Of a stretch of 64,000 bases of DNA, positions 37,291 through 47,367 are shown one piece after another. The translations under genes and the position numbers were made by a program. Under the pieces are notes generated by a model. The model was given only the letters and a program-made list of their open reading frames with translations. It was not told the DNA's origin and did not search any database. This DNA comes from Clostridia bacterium (GTDB taxonomy: Bacteria; Bacillota; Clostridia; Acetivibrionales; UBA4821), in the NCBI GenBank assembly GCA_041687355.1, contig JAWLCD010000012.1, positions 1,665 to 65,664 of the forward strand, read 5' to 3'. Each line of letters opens with the position of its first letter. The stretch's first letter is position 1.

Positions 37291-37379
37291 ATGATTGATA
37301 TTTCTATAGTAAAGTAATAGAATTATAGCATAGTGGATAATTATTACCTGGTGAACAATATTTTCTTCTGGAGGAATCT

Positions 37380-38528
37380 ATGCTCTATATCGCACTTGCT
37401 TTAGGAACACTATTTACAGTATATTGGACTGCCCAACTGATATTTGTAAAAAGGCATTTCGAATGGTCGGATAAACTAACATCCCCGCTTGATAACCATA
37501 ACTACCCGGGAGTCAGCATTATACATCCTATTAAAGACCTTGACTTTGAATTTGACAAGAATCTTACAAGCTGGCTTGAGCAGAACTACACCGGAAAGGT
37601 TCAGCATATTTTCAGTTTCCAGGATTCCAATGACCCGGCAATAGATGTAGTGAAAAATGTAATGGCAAATTACCCCAATATAGATATGGACATTACTATC
37701 AACCCAGTAATGGATGGCCTTAACGGCAAGAGTTCCAATATGGTATACGGCGTCAAGCTGGCTAAATACGATTTACTTCTTTTTGGTGACAGTGATGTAA
37801 GGGTACAGAAAGATTATATCCTGAAAATGACTGAGCTTATAAAAGATGAGAAAGCCGGTATTGTGGCGTGCGGCCAGGTAAATATAGGCGGCAGGGATTT
37901 CTGGACCAGATTCTTTACTTTTCTGCAAAACTGTGAAACTGATTTCAATTGGGCCTTTCTTGCCCGCTTGGGTGTAGATATCGGAGCTACGTGTGCTGCT
38001 TTCGCAATAAGGAAAGATGTCCTTGAAAAAGTTGGAGGTTTTGAATCCTTTGGCAGCAGCCTGCTTGAAGATATGCACCTTGGAAATACGCTGTACAGGC
38101 TTGGCTACAGGGTTGTAGTAGGTCCCTTCGTTGAATGTCATGTTAACAAGCTTGCCCGGGAAAAATCCTTCAACTATGCCAAGAGAGTTACCGTGGGAAT
38201 TAAGGCTCATATTTCTTTTGAAATGCCGGCCTTCATACTCATGCTTTTCTGGTACTGGGCATTCTTTATCTATGCTGTAATTGTTAGAGACACCAGCCTA
38301 ATACTGCTGTCAACTGCTTTTATGCTTATCAGAACAGTTCTTGGACTGCTGCAAAGGCCATTGACCAAAAACAGAATTATTCCTGTAGATTTAGTAATGC
38401 CTCTGTTTTTTGACCTGTTTGCTACCTTCTATCTTTTCTACTCTTTCAAACACCCATATATCACCTGGAGAGGAATCAGGTATAAGCTGAAAAAAGGAGG
38501 ATGTATAGAGCAGATGTTCGTTGAATAG
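37380..38528 (+). CDS. Glycosyltransferase (GT2/GT21, ceramide-glucosyltransferase-like)
   Basis: N-terminal TM helix. PGVSIIHPIK...DSNDPAID, NGKSSNM and FGDSDV (DxD) are present, followed by C-terminal TM helices. Confidence 0.8.
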   Translation: MLYIALALGTLFTVYWTAQLIFVKRHFEWSDKLTSPLDNHNYPGVSIIHPIKDLDFEFDKNLTSWLEQNYTGKVQHIFSFQDSNDPAIDVVKNVMANYPNIDMDITINPVMDGLNGKSSNMVYGVKLAKYDLLLFGDSDVRVQKDYILKMTELIKDEKAGIVACGQVNIGGRDFWTRFFTFLQNCETDFNWAFLARLGVDIGATCAAFAIRKDVLEKVGGFESFGSSLLEDMHLGNTLYRLGYRVVVGPFVECHVNKLAREKSFNYAKRVTVGIKAHISFEMPAFILMLFWYWAFFIYAVIVRDTSLILLSTAFMLIRTVLGLLQRPLTKNRIIPVDLVMPLFFDLFATFYLFYSFKHPYITWRGIRYKLKKGGCIEQMFVE

Positions 38529-38541
38529 ACACCGGCTTCCT

Positions 38542-38625
38542 ATAAACAGGATTCTAAGATTCAGATGGAGTTTTTTTATCTGAATCTTAGAAGCCGTTAT
38601 CCAGGGGCGCTAGTCATCGGATAAA
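38542..38625 (-). repeat. Repeat family B, copy 1 (short form, reverse orientation)
   Basis: ATAAACAGGATTCTAAGATTCAGAT..ATCTGAATCTTAGAAGCCGTTATCCAGGGGCGCTAGTCATCGGATAAA. It contains a 15-bp perfect hairpin and lacks the internal variable hairpin. Confidence 0.9.
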
Positions 38626-39749
38626 TCTTTGGAGTATATCCTGTAAGTTTTGTATCTCCGACCGCCAAGGTTCTCTATATCTCTACGCATACTTTTATTT
38701 GGTTCACCTATTGTTGACCCTTCTCCCCATTTATAGCCTTTCTGCATGGCATCCTGAAAGATTTTGTAGTATATTGAGTATGATACTCCCTTCTTTCGGA
38801 ATGACGGTATGACAAACATTGTGGTAAACCTTGCGCAGTTAATCTTCCTCTTATACCATAAAAACTTCAGAATACTAAACAAATTTATCTTTCCGTTCAG
38901 ATGTATCAGTACCTGGTTATAATCGGGCACTGCAAAACCGAACCCAATGGGCTGGTCTCCAGCCCTAGCAATTGCCGCCAGTGCAGGGTCGGCAACGGGC
39001 CTGAGCTTTTTCATTGCAGCCTTAATCTCTTTAAGGGATGGCGGAACCAAATCCGCCCACTCATTCGGCATAGCCCTATCAATAATGTATTTGATATCCC
39101 TTGCTTCTTTATCAATATCCGAAAGGTTTATAGTTTCAACCCTGTAATTATATCTGTTCATAGCATACTCTATCTTCTTTCCCGTATCCTCACTGAAGAT
39201 ACCTTCAGGCTCAACCAGATAGGCGTAAATGTCGAGGTCCTTTTTAAAGCCGTACATCTCCATAAACTCCCTGTAGTATTCCGGATTGTATGATGTGAGC
39301 ACCACCGGCGGTCTGTCAAAGCAATCTACCAGAAGACCTTTATAATCATCACCGTCACCACCCACCGACAGCACCGGCCCTCTTATTGAGCTAATCTTCC
39401 TTACCTTGAGCCAGCTCTGGGCAGTATCAAACAGCAGCTTTGCTGCCTCAAAGTCATGGATGCACTCGAATAGACAAAAGTATCCCCTCCGCAAATTCTT
39501 TTTAATATTCAACTCAGTATCCACACCGACACAAATTCTGCCTGCAGGTTGGCCATCCTTCAATATTAGAAACAACTCCTGCTCTCCTCTTTGTTCCTCA
39601 GGCTTTCTACATATGTTAAGCATGGCCTTGGTCTCACTTACAAGCGGCGGCACCCAATTTCTATCTCCCTCGTATATTTTCCAGGGAAGCTTCAGAAATT
39701 CTTTTAGATTCTTCTTCGACCTTCTTATGGGAATAATATTAAGGCTCAT
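38610..39749 (-). CDS. Hypothetical protein, possibly a GNAT-fold acyltransferase (379 aa)
   Basis: The N-terminal LKLPWKIYEGDRNWVPPL motif and a C-terminal FRKKGVSYSIYY segment are GNAT-like. The last 16 nt, including the stop, lie inside repeat B1. Confidence 0.5.
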   Translation of the reverse strand: MSLNIIPIRRSKKNLKEFLKLPWKIYEGDRNWVPPLVSETKAMLNICRKPEEQRGEQELFLILKDGQPAGRICVGVDTELNIKKNLRRGYFCLFECIHDFEAAKLLFDTAQSWLKVRKISSIRGPVLSVGGDGDDYKGLLVDCFDRPPVVLTSYNPEYYREFMEMYGFKKDLDIYAYLVEPEGIFSEDTGKKIEYAMNRYNYRVETINLSDIDKEARDIKYIIDRAMPNEWADLVPPSLKEIKAAMKKLRPVADPALAAIARAGDQPIGFGFAVPDYNQVLIHLNGKINLFSILKFLWYKRKINCARFTTMFVIPSFRKKGVSYSIYYKIFQDAMQKGYKWGEGSTIGEPNKSMRRDIENLGGRRYKTYRIYSKDLSDD

Positions 39750-39775
39750 TTTATACCCCTTGGATACTTTTGCTA

Positions 39776-39953
39776 TTTATCCGATGACTACCGCCGCTAA
39801 GACTCCCCTCGGGAGCATCAAAGATGGACACTATCGCTAAGATTTCTTTGAAATCAAGCGACTAGTAGTCTAAGCAGCGTTACGTCCCTGGATAACGGCT
39901 TCTAAGATTCAGATGAAGATAAAACTCCACCTGAATCCAAGAATCCTGTTTAT
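39776..39953 (+). repeat. Repeat family B, copy 2 (long form)
   Basis: TTTATCCGATGACTACCGCCGCT...CGTCCCTGGATAACGGCTTCTAAGATTCAG...CTGAATCCAAGAATCCTGTTTAT. It is inverted relative to B1. Confidence 0.9.
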
Positions 39954-40017
39954 TAAACAAGTAAAAAGACTTCCACCAACTATTATATAGAATATCAGTG
40001 TTTGTTACAAATAATTG

Positions 40018-40045
40018 TTAATTTGGTTACTTATTCTTCCGATAA
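40018..40045 (+). promoter_or_regulatory. Possible sigma-D/sigma-28-type promoter
   Basis: TTAA, 17-nt spacer, CCGATAA (the -10 block TCCGATAA lies at 40038-40045), about 85 nt upstream of the ATG at 40131. Confidence 0.3.
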
Positions 40046-40130
40046 ATAATTATAAGTAGGAAATTTAGAATCTTGTCTCTTATGCTAAACATACCATGGA
40101 TGAATCGGATTTAACAGGGAGGTTAATTCT

Positions 40131-41219
40131 ATGCGAATTGATAGTTCTGCAATTTCCATGCATTCAAGTTCAACCTTAATTGAAAAGTATCACAAGAGAG
40201 AATCCCTCCGGTATTGGGTTGGGCCTCGACAGCCCGATTCCAGCCAGCAGGAAGCTTCTAAGGCGCTTTCCCAGATGCAGCCCCCAGATATTCTGGAACT
40301 GACTGATGAGGCAAAAAAATTACTGGCAGATAACTGTTCATCTTTGACCGGTATTGAGGATGATGACTCAGAAATACTGGACATCAGCGACAAGGACAAA
40401 CAGAAGATGCTGATGCTCCAGGCAATGCTAGAATCACTCACCGGAAAAAAAATGAGGTTTCTCGTGCCAAAAAGAATAAAGCTTGATGACTCCCAGAGAC
40501 CCATAAAAATTCAGGAGCTCCGGCCTGAAAATCCGACGAAAAATACGCATGGGTGGGGACTTGAGTACGACTATCATGAATCATACTATGAGCGGCAGAC
40601 CTTATCCTTTTCTTCAAATGGTATTGTGAAGACTGCTGATGGCAGGGAGATAAGCTTTTCGGTCGAATTAAACATGGACAGGCAATTTTACTCAGAGCAG
40701 AATATTCAAATCAGAGCCGGAGATGCTGTAAAGGTTGACCCTCTTGTTATTAACTTCGATACAGCAATTTCAGATTTAACCGACCAAAAGATTGAGTTCG
40801 ACCTGGATAGTAACGGTACACCCGAACAAATTTCATTTGTCACTCAGGGGAGTGGTTTCCTAGCACTCGACCTGAACAGTGACGGCAGGATAAATGATGG
40901 CAGTGAGCTATTCGGGCCAAACAGCGGTAACGGCTTTGACGAACTTGCAGCGCATGATTCAGACGGCAACAACTGGATTGATGAAAATGATCCTATCTTC
41001 GAAAAACTGCGCATCTGGACAAAGGACGAAAACGGGAACGATGTGCTATTTGCCCTTGGCCAGAAAGGTATAGGTGCTATATATCTCGGAAATATTTCAA
41101 CACCTTATGATATCAAGAACAGTGAAAATGAACACCATGGAAGCATCAGCCGTACGGGAGTTTTTCTAAAAGAAGACGGCACACCAGGAACAATTCAGCA
41201 CATTGACCTGGTGCTTTGA
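40131..41219 (+). CDS. Hypothetical protein with Ca-binding-type Dx[DN]xDG loops
   Basis: DLDSNGTPE, DLNSDGRINDGSE and HDSDGNNWIDEND are EF-hand/dockerin-like loops. No signal peptide is evident. Confidence 0.6.
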   Translation: MRIDSSAISMHSSSTLIEKYHKRESLRYWVGPRQPDSSQQEASKALSQMQPPDILELTDEAKKLLADNCSSLTGIEDDDSEILDISDKDKQKMLMLQAMLESLTGKKMRFLVPKRIKLDDSQRPIKIQELRPENPTKNTHGWGLEYDYHESYYERQTLSFSSNGIVKTADGREISFSVELNMDRQFYSEQNIQIRAGDAVKVDPLVINFDTAISDLTDQKIEFDLDSNGTPEQISFVTQGSGFLALDLNSDGRINDGSELFGPNSGNGFDELAAHDSDGNNWIDENDPIFEKLRIWTKDENGNDVLFALGQKGIGAIYLGNISTPYDIKNSENEHHGSISRTGVFLKEDGTPGTIQHIDLVL

Positions 41220-41241
41220 TTAATATAATTTCAAGGTATAC

Positions 41242-41277
41242 CCTTCCCATTATATTATGCAATATGGGAAGGTTTTC
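41242..41277 (+). terminator. Terminator
   Basis: CCTTCCCAT / ATGGGAAGG stem followed by TTTT. Confidence 0.7.
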
Positions 41278-41376
41278 GGAAAAGCTCATCTATGAGCTTT
41301 TCCTCATTTATGTCTTCTCTGTTAACCTGTTTTTGTAGTATAATTATATTTAGATTAGTTTTATCGGAGGAATAGT

Positions 41377-42744
41377 ATGACTGAATACGGAGTTGCACTC
41401 GGGGGCGGAGGAGCCAAGGGCGCTTATCAGATTGGAGTGTGGAAAGCGCTTACAGAGCTTGATATGGATTTTAAAACTGTATCCGGAACTTCTGTCGGCG
41501 GACTGAACGGCGCTTTGATTGCCCAGGGTGACTTTAACCTTGCGTATAAGACGTGGGCCGGAATTTCAGTCGAAAAGATAATTAACTTTAACAGTGTCAA
41601 TGGGCTGGAATCTGGCAAACCCATAAAATCATACGGAGTAGTCAAGTCCATAATCAGGTCACTCTGTGTAGGAAGGCTTGATATATCTCCTCTGCAGACG
41701 TTGATAAAGGAAGCAATAGATGAAGAAAAGGTTCGCAAATCCCATATCAACCTGGGTTTAGTATCATATTCTGTTACTGATTTTCAACCTGTCAGCCTCT
41801 TCATCGACCAGATACCCGAAGGGCAGCTCGTGGATTACCTGATTGCCGCGGCCTGCTTCCCCACCTTCAAGCCCTATAAAGTAAACGGCAAGATACTTGT
41901 TGATGGTGGATTGTATGATAATATTCCAATTTCACTTCTGGTTGAAAAAAATATTAAAAATATTATTGCAGTTGATATTACAGATATGGGCGTAAGGAAA
42001 AAGCTTGATACAAGCAGTCTGAACCTGACGTATATCAAACCATCCCAGGACCTGGGCGGAATACTTGACTTCAACGGCGAGAAGTCTGAGCTTCATATCG
42101 AGCTAGGCTATTGTGATACACTTAAACTTTTCGGAAAACTAAAGGGAAAGAAATATTTTCTGCTTCCATCCGAGGATTACAGGAAAAGTAAAGAAAAATA
42201 CATTGAAAGCCTTATGCCGGATGACTTCAGGAAAATGTACAATTACCTTGGGATAGAATGGAACGAGAAGCCGGTACCTGGTAATACCCTTATATTGTAT
42301 AAGGTGCTTGATACTATTAAGGGTTATACAGATTCTCCTTTAAGCGGTGACACCGTTCTCCCGGCAATGGCTGAAATAACCGCCGAACAGCTTGGAATAA
42401 GCCGTGCTAAAAAATATACATTAAACCAGCTTATTGGTGAAATTCTGAACCAGTATCAGGTCATTACAAGCAGCAGTGAGTTTATCGAGTATACTGAGGA
42501 CTTGTCCAGGATAATCTTCAACAAATCAGGAAAAGGCTTGAACATGGAATTAAGAAAAAGCATTGAAAAGGGTAAGTTTGCAGTCTTTTACAGTCCGGAT
42601 TTAGAAAACGATGATGAAAAGCTAAAGGTATTCCGAAGATTCCTTGCCATCACCTTTCCTAGAATCTCAATAGCAAATATGTTTATTTCCCTTATTATAT
42701 CCAAGCAGGAGCAAAGTCCTTCTGAAGCTGTAAAGTTAATTTGA
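41377..42744 (+). CDS. Patatin-like phospholipase
   Basis: GGGGAKG oxyanion motif, GTSVG nucleophile elbow and a DGG catalytic Asp motif. Confidence 0.9.
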   Translation: MTEYGVALGGGGAKGAYQIGVWKALTELDMDFKTVSGTSVGGLNGALIAQGDFNLAYKTWAGISVEKIINFNSVNGLESGKPIKSYGVVKSIIRSLCVGRLDISPLQTLIKEAIDEEKVRKSHINLGLVSYSVTDFQPVSLFIDQIPEGQLVDYLIAAACFPTFKPYKVNGKILVDGGLYDNIPISLLVEKNIKNIIAVDITDMGVRKKLDTSSLNLTYIKPSQDLGGILDFNGEKSELHIELGYCDTLKLFGKLKGKKYFLLPSEDYRKSKEKYIESLMPDDFRKMYNYLGIEWNEKPVPGNTLILYKVLDTIKGYTDSPLSGDTVLPAMAEITAEQLGISRAKKYTLNQLIGEILNQYQVITSSSEFIEYTEDLSRIIFNKSGKGLNMELRKSIEKGKFAVFYSPDLENDDEKLKVFRRFLAITFPRISIANMFISLIISKQEQSPSEAVKLI

Positions 42745-42856
42745 CTTGTATAGAGGGAGAAGCTCCTTGAGTGAAGGGCAAACAAATTAGCAGCTCATAA
42801 GGACTACGAAAGACAACCAGTACCTAGACACCGGTCGTCTTTCGTAGTTAAAAGCA

Positions 42857-43288
42857 TTACATTTTCATAGGTCTTGATGGGAATGAGATTTCTGTCAGTG
42901 CTTCAGATGCCTCTTCGTTGAACCTGTCGTCCACAGCCAGATCACCAAGGGCTACCATACCCACAAGCATATTATTATCAACAACGGGCAGCCTCCTTAT
43001 CTGGTTCTGAGCCATAATCCTCGATGCTTCTGAAGTATCCATATCAGGAGTTACCATGGTAACCTCACTGGACATAACATCCCTGACCGGTGTAGAATCC
43101 GGTGCCTTGCCATGCGCAATATTCCGCACAACAATGTCTCTGTCGGTAACGATTCCGATTACACCACTCTGGTCACAAACAGGTATTGAACCTACATTGT
43201 GCTTTTGCATCAGCTGAGCTGCCTGTGTAACTGTTGACGATGGATTGACATAAGCAACGTCTCTGGTCATTATCTGTTTTATCTTCAA
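42857..43288 (-). CDS. CBS domain-pair protein
   Basis: TTG start at 43288 follows GAGGTGA. There are two CBS repeats (IMTRDV...VGIVTDRDI; VMSSEV...VGMVALGDL). Confidence 0.85.
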   Translation of the reverse strand: MKIKQIMTRDVAYVNPSSTVTQAAQLMQKHNVGSIPVCDQSGVIGIVTDRDIVVRNIAHGKAPDSTPVRDVMSSEVTMVTPDMDTSEASRIMAQNQIRRLPVVDNNMLVGMVALGDLAVDDRFNEEASEALTEISFPSRPMKM

Positions 43289-43346
43289 TGGTATCACCTC
43301 TTTTAATATATTCATAAATAATATTTCCAACATTCTAGAAAATAAT

Positions 43347-43380
43347 CATAAAAAACAGCCGGATAATTTTTTCCGACTGT
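43347..43380 (-). terminator. Terminator
   Basis: On the minus strand, ACAGTCGG / CCGGCTGT stem followed by UUUUUUU. Confidence 0.6.
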
Positions 43381-43400
43381 CTGATATCATTCTATATATT

Positions 43401-44078
43401 TTATTGGAAGAGATTATATTTTTTGAAGATTGACCTTGCTCTCTTTCTTGTGTATCCATTTAATAGTCTTGGTATGTATGCAAACATTCTATATAACATT
43501 ATTCTCATTTTCTTGTTTTTCAGATAGTTTTGAGGTAGTCTGGAAAAGTGTGAAAACTCATTTCCAAATGTAGGTATGAGACTTTTGCCCGGCTCTACAG
43601 CAGATGCAGCGGTTTCTATCGCTGTCGAAGGTGCTGCCTCCTTTAAGCTGCATGCAGGAGTATCCTGAATTGTCCCTGCCGGAATCTCCGGCGAAACAGT
43701 CTCAGCGGGCATACCCGTTTTGCTGTCACTATAAACAGTGTCAGCAGTCGTGTCAGATGCTGAAGTAGTGTTGGTAGTTTCGCTTCTTGCAACATCATAT
43801 GAGTAATTCTGGTAAGAGTTATTGTCCCAATTGTTCCAGTTGTCCCTAAAGCAAAAATTCAATGTATCAGCTATCTCCAGTGGTATTTGAGTCTCAAAGC
43901 CGTCATCTGTGCGTGTCATTTTAATTTCCCTTAGTCCTTCCCACAGCAGCCCGAAACCAAGATGTACGTAGACATCCTCCGCTCCCTGCTGGTACAAGTA
44001 ACCCTTGTAGGTCAGCTTGGCTTTCTTCCCGTGGACCAGATTGTTCTGGTCAATAAAAACGCCGTTTTCTGAATACAT
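43401..44078 (-). CDS. Hypothetical protein, possibly with an N-terminal carbohydrate-binding module
   Basis: LTYKGYLYQQGAEDVYVHLGFG..W......M.......F...I and FCFRDNWNNWDNN resemble CBM25/53-type modules. This is a weak call. Confidence 0.4.
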   Translation of the reverse strand: MYSENGVFIDQNNLVHGKKAKLTYKGYLYQQGAEDVYVHLGFGLLWEGLREIKMTRTDDGFETQIPLEIADTLNFCFRDNWNNWDNNSYQNYSYDVARSETTNTTSASDTTADTVYSDSKTGMPAETVSPEIPAGTIQDTPACSLKEAAPSTAIETAASAVEPGKSLIPTFGNEFSHFSRLPQNYLKNKKMRIMLYRMFAYIPRLLNGYTRKRARSIFKKYNLFQ

Positions 44079-44333
44079 ACTACATTTCCCCTTTAAAAAA
44101 AATTATATATAAATGTCAGGTTTTTCAGACAACAATCGGAGATAGATTTGTGCTTTCCTGCGGACCATCGATGAATTGACTTTTAACGATATACAATTTA
44201 CAAATTATATAAAATCTTACTTCAATATATATAATATACCAAAATTATCGATATGAAAAGACCGGATTTGATTTTTTTCAATATTTTGTAGCATTTTTTG
44301 AGCATAGACTGAAGATGCCGAGTAATATTTGAT

Positions 44334-44687
44334 TTATTCCAGTTTGAATACTTCCTTGAGAATATTAAGAAAATCAGTGTATACTCTGAATTTAACTGCG
44401 ATTACTATAAACACTTGAAGCGCAATAATAGCCGGTATGCCATACTTGAAAGCCGCATGCCTTGTCTTATGCCGAAACCTGTACATACCGGCAAGAGCAC
44501 CAACTGCTCCTCCTGCCAGCGATATGAGGAGAAGCGTCTTCTCCTTCACCCTCCATAGGCCTTCACGTGCGCGCCTTTTATCGTACCACATAAGAAAAAA
44601 AGCAATGAAATTCACTGCCGTTAGATATAGTAATATATTTTTTGTATTAAAAAGTATAAATACCGGATTATCCATATTTTCTTCCAT
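44334..44687 (-). CDS. DUF1294 membrane protein
   Basis: YDKRRAREGLWRVKEKTLLLISLAGGAVGALAGMYRFRHKTRH is the DUF1294 signature. Confidence 0.8.
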   Translation of the reverse strand: MEENMDNPVFILFNTKNILLYLTAVNFIAFFLMWYDKRRAREGLWRVKEKTLLLISLAGGAVGALAGMYRFRHKTRHAAFKYGIPAIIALQVFIVIAVKFRVYTDFLNILKEVFKLE

Positions 44688-44708
44688 CCATTGACCGTTT
44701 TTTTTATT

Positions 44709-45851
44709 TTACCCGTCAATATTTTCAGTTTTGTTATTTAACTCTCGAACTATATATTCTGCCATCTCAACACAGCCGTTTGGTTTACAAATCTGTTTGG
44801 CACTTTCCTTCATGCAGCTCAGCTTATCCTTGTCTTTCAGAAGTTGTGAAAGTATATCTATAAGCTCAGACAGGTTGTGTGCATGGTGAGAGCACCCGTT
44901 TCTAAGAAGGTATTTAGCATTCTCATTTTCCTGACCTGCCGGACTGCCAAAGACAACCATTGGAACGTTCATATTCAGTACCTCAGTGGTAGTAATTCCT
45001 CCAGGTTTTGAAACTACAATGTCCGACCCCTTCATTAACTCATGAATGTTATCAACAAATCCAAAAACCTTAATTCTATCCCTATAATCAGCCGTCGCCT
45101 TCTCAACCGCTTCCCTCAGAGCTTTATTTTTTCCACAGGCAATAATGAATTGTGCTTCGGGTTTTATTTCATATAACAACTTCCCCGCTTCCCGGAAATT
45201 GCGCAAAACGCCATGAGCTCCGGCAAGAAGAGTAACTACAGGCAAATTATAATTCTCCAGTCCGTACTTGCAAAAGAACCTTTCCTTGTCGATGGTCCCA
45301 CATTCAATACAAACCGGTATTCCTGTAACACTTATTTTTTCCTCATCTATACCCTGGTCAGTGAGTTCCTTCTTCATGCATTCATCGCCGATAAAATACC
45401 TTGACACCCCTTGATCAATCCACTGGCTGTGTACACCATAATCAGTTATTATGGTGTAACAGGGCACCTTTGTCTTTCCTTTTCTGTAGAGCATTGGCAT
45501 AGCAAGTACAGGAAACGTATTGATAACAACACTAGGCTTAAATTCCTCAAGGTATTCCTTTAATTTCTTTCTGCCCATTAGGCCGTTTATAAAATTCAGA
45601 TAAAGGTTGGTTCTGATATCCTTGGTCAGGTAGTAGATGAAACCATAAAACTGTGGCATATGTGAATAGCAATTCAGATATAGTTCCCTTATAATCTTAT
45701 TCAGTAATGGATGAGCTTCAAGAAAAAGGTTTACAACCTTCACTTCTATTGTCTCATCCTGTTTATTTATCTCATTTTTTAGACTTCCTGCTGCTTTGAT
45801 ATGCCCATCTCCATAATTTGTTGTTAATATAAGAACCCTTTTATTGTCCAT
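44709..45851 (-). CDS. MGDG-synthase family (GT28) diacylglycerol glycosyltransferase, UgtP/YpfP-like
   Basis: VLILTTNYGDGHIKAA at the N-terminus and SKPGGITTTE plus the Q.E.EN. motif at the C-terminus. Confidence 0.85.
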   Translation of the reverse strand: MDNKRVLILTTNYGDGHIKAAGSLKNEINKQDETIEVKVVNLFLEAHPLLNKIIRELYLNCYSHMPQFYGFIYYLTKDIRTNLYLNFINGLMGRKKLKEYLEEFKPSVVINTFPVLAMPMLYRKGKTKVPCYTIITDYGVHSQWIDQGVSRYFIGDECMKKELTDQGIDEEKISVTGIPVCIECGTIDKERFFCKYGLENYNLPVVTLLAGAHGVLRNFREAGKLLYEIKPEAQFIIACGKNKALREAVEKATADYRDRIKVFGFVDNIHELMKGSDIVVSKPGGITTTEVLNMNVPMVVFGSPAGQENENAKYLLRNGCSHHAHNLSELIDILSQLLKDKDKLSCMKESAKQICKPNGCVEMAEYIVRELNNKTENIDG

Positions 45852-45938
45852 TTATTTCTCCTTTACTATTGTGATTCTCTCGTCATATCTTTTTAGCATG
45901 CAGCTAGCTATTCTACAGCTTACCTGTCTACCTCGTAT

Positions 45939-47165
45939 TCAGGTAGTAATGCCCTTAAGATGCCCCTTTTTATTTATCAAGTAATAAAGCAGCGATAGTA
46001 CAAGTAATATTATACCACTAAAATAGAATGTGTAGTGTAAACTTGTATAACTTCCAATTAAACCTCCCAGAAGAGGCCCTATTGACCTGCCTATTCCCTC
46101 TATGGTCGAAAACACTCCCCAAATAACACCTTTGCTGCCCTCAGCAACATTACTCGATAATATGGTGTACCAGGCCGGTAGGACAAGAGAATAAGATACT
46201 GCAATAATCAATCCAAAAAATAATACATATATAAAGCTTCTTAAACTGCCCATCCCGAAAATACCGACCGATGCTGACAAAAGTCCAAATACAAAAAGGT
46301 TCTGTGACTTAAAAACCTCTGCAACCTTACCAAAAAACATCATCAATACGACGGTAATACCTCCGATTGCTCCAAGTGTAAGGCCATATTGATTAATTGA
46401 GAGACCTATATAGTCGTTATCAGTCAGAAACTTCGGTATTACAGGAGCTAATGCTGCAATACTGAACGTCTGTAAAAACATTCCCGGTATCAGGTGTCTG
46501 GTTCGGCATATGTCGTTAAATACTCCTTTATGCAAGAGCCCTTTTGGATTATTTTGCCCGGAATTTGAACGTATGCCTTCTCTTATAAATAGAACCAGAA
46601 CCATGCAAAGTATCCAAATACCTGCCATAATGTTCAAGGTAGCGTTATATCCAAGACTGGAAATTAAGAAGTTTACTGAAACTGACCCCAGGCCTAACCC
46701 GACAAGCCATGCTGAGTATATCATGCCCATCCCTGAGGCTCTTTTCCCTTCTTTCATTGACGATACATATCCAAGTACCACCAACCAGACAGGCGCAAAT
46801 CCCAATCCAATCAGTGTGCCTCCTGCAACTAATAAAACCGGCGATGTGATAAACTGGAATGCGTAAAGAGAAAACAGTGATAGAATAAGCCCGGATAGCA
46901 GAATAGCTTTATTATTAAACCTGTCCAACAGCCATCCTATCCCTATCTTGGATACTGTTTCCCCAAAAAAATATGCAAAAATTATTGTACCCACTACAGC
47001 TTCTGAGAGTATAAGAGTACTATAGGAATATAACGGGAGGTAATTCAGAAAAGCCCCCCTCACAAATTCAGTCAGCCCAATCAAGGCTGTAAACTTAATC
47101 AATTCTGCACTACCTGTACGGTTGGTTAAAGCATCAGAAGCATGTCCCATATTTACTTTCCCCAA
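45939..47165 (-). CDS. MFS transporter
   Basis: 408 aa with about 12 TM helices. It lies immediately upstream of the UgtP-like gene. Confidence 0.85.
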   Translation of the reverse strand: MGKVNMGHASDALTNRTGSAELIKFTALIGLTEFVRGAFLNYLPLYSYSTLILSEAVVGTIIFAYFFGETVSKIGIGWLLDRFNNKAILLSGLILSLFSLYAFQFITSPVLLVAGGTLIGLGFAPVWLVVLGYVSSMKEGKRASGMGMIYSAWLVGLGLGSVSVNFLISSLGYNATLNIMAGIWILCMVLVLFIREGIRSNSGQNNPKGLLHKGVFNDICRTRHLIPGMFLQTFSIAALAPVIPKFLTDNDYIGLSINQYGLTLGAIGGITVVLMMFFGKVAEVFKSQNLFVFGLLSASVGIFGMGSLRSFIYVLFFGLIIAVSYSLVLPAWYTILSSNVAEGSKGVIWGVFSTIEGIGRSIGPLLGGLIGSYTSLHYTFYFSGIILLVLSLLYYLINKKGHLKGITT

Positions 47166-47218
47166 AATACGTTCATATTTGTCCTGAGTATTATTTGTAC
47201 CAGATTTGAATTAAATTC

Positions 47219-47353
47219 ATAAACAGGATTCTTGGGATTCAGGTGGAGTATTATCTCCAACTGAATCTTAGAAGCCGTTATCCAGGGGCGTAGCGCCGCT
47301 TGTCTCCTACTTGAAGAAGAGAGGAGTCTTAGCGGCGGTAGTCATCGGATAAA
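47219..47353 (-). repeat. Repeat family B, copy 3 (reverse orientation)
   Basis: Its reverse complement aligns end to end with B4 (50353-50488). Confidence 0.9.
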
Positions 47354-47367
47354 TCCAACCTTCTCCA

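Noticed and set aside
39406-39840. 144-aa plus-strand ORF running from the GNAT-like gene into repeat B2
   Set aside because: It is antisense to a better-supported gene and ends inside the repeat. Its composition is not protein-like.
39776-39953. Repeat B as a self-cleaving ribozyme (CCGAUGA resembles the hammerhead CUGAUGA box; GUCCCUGGAUAA resembles part of twister)
   Set aside because: The remaining conserved core nucleotides and helices of either ribozyme class could not be found, so the resemblance is probably fortuitous.
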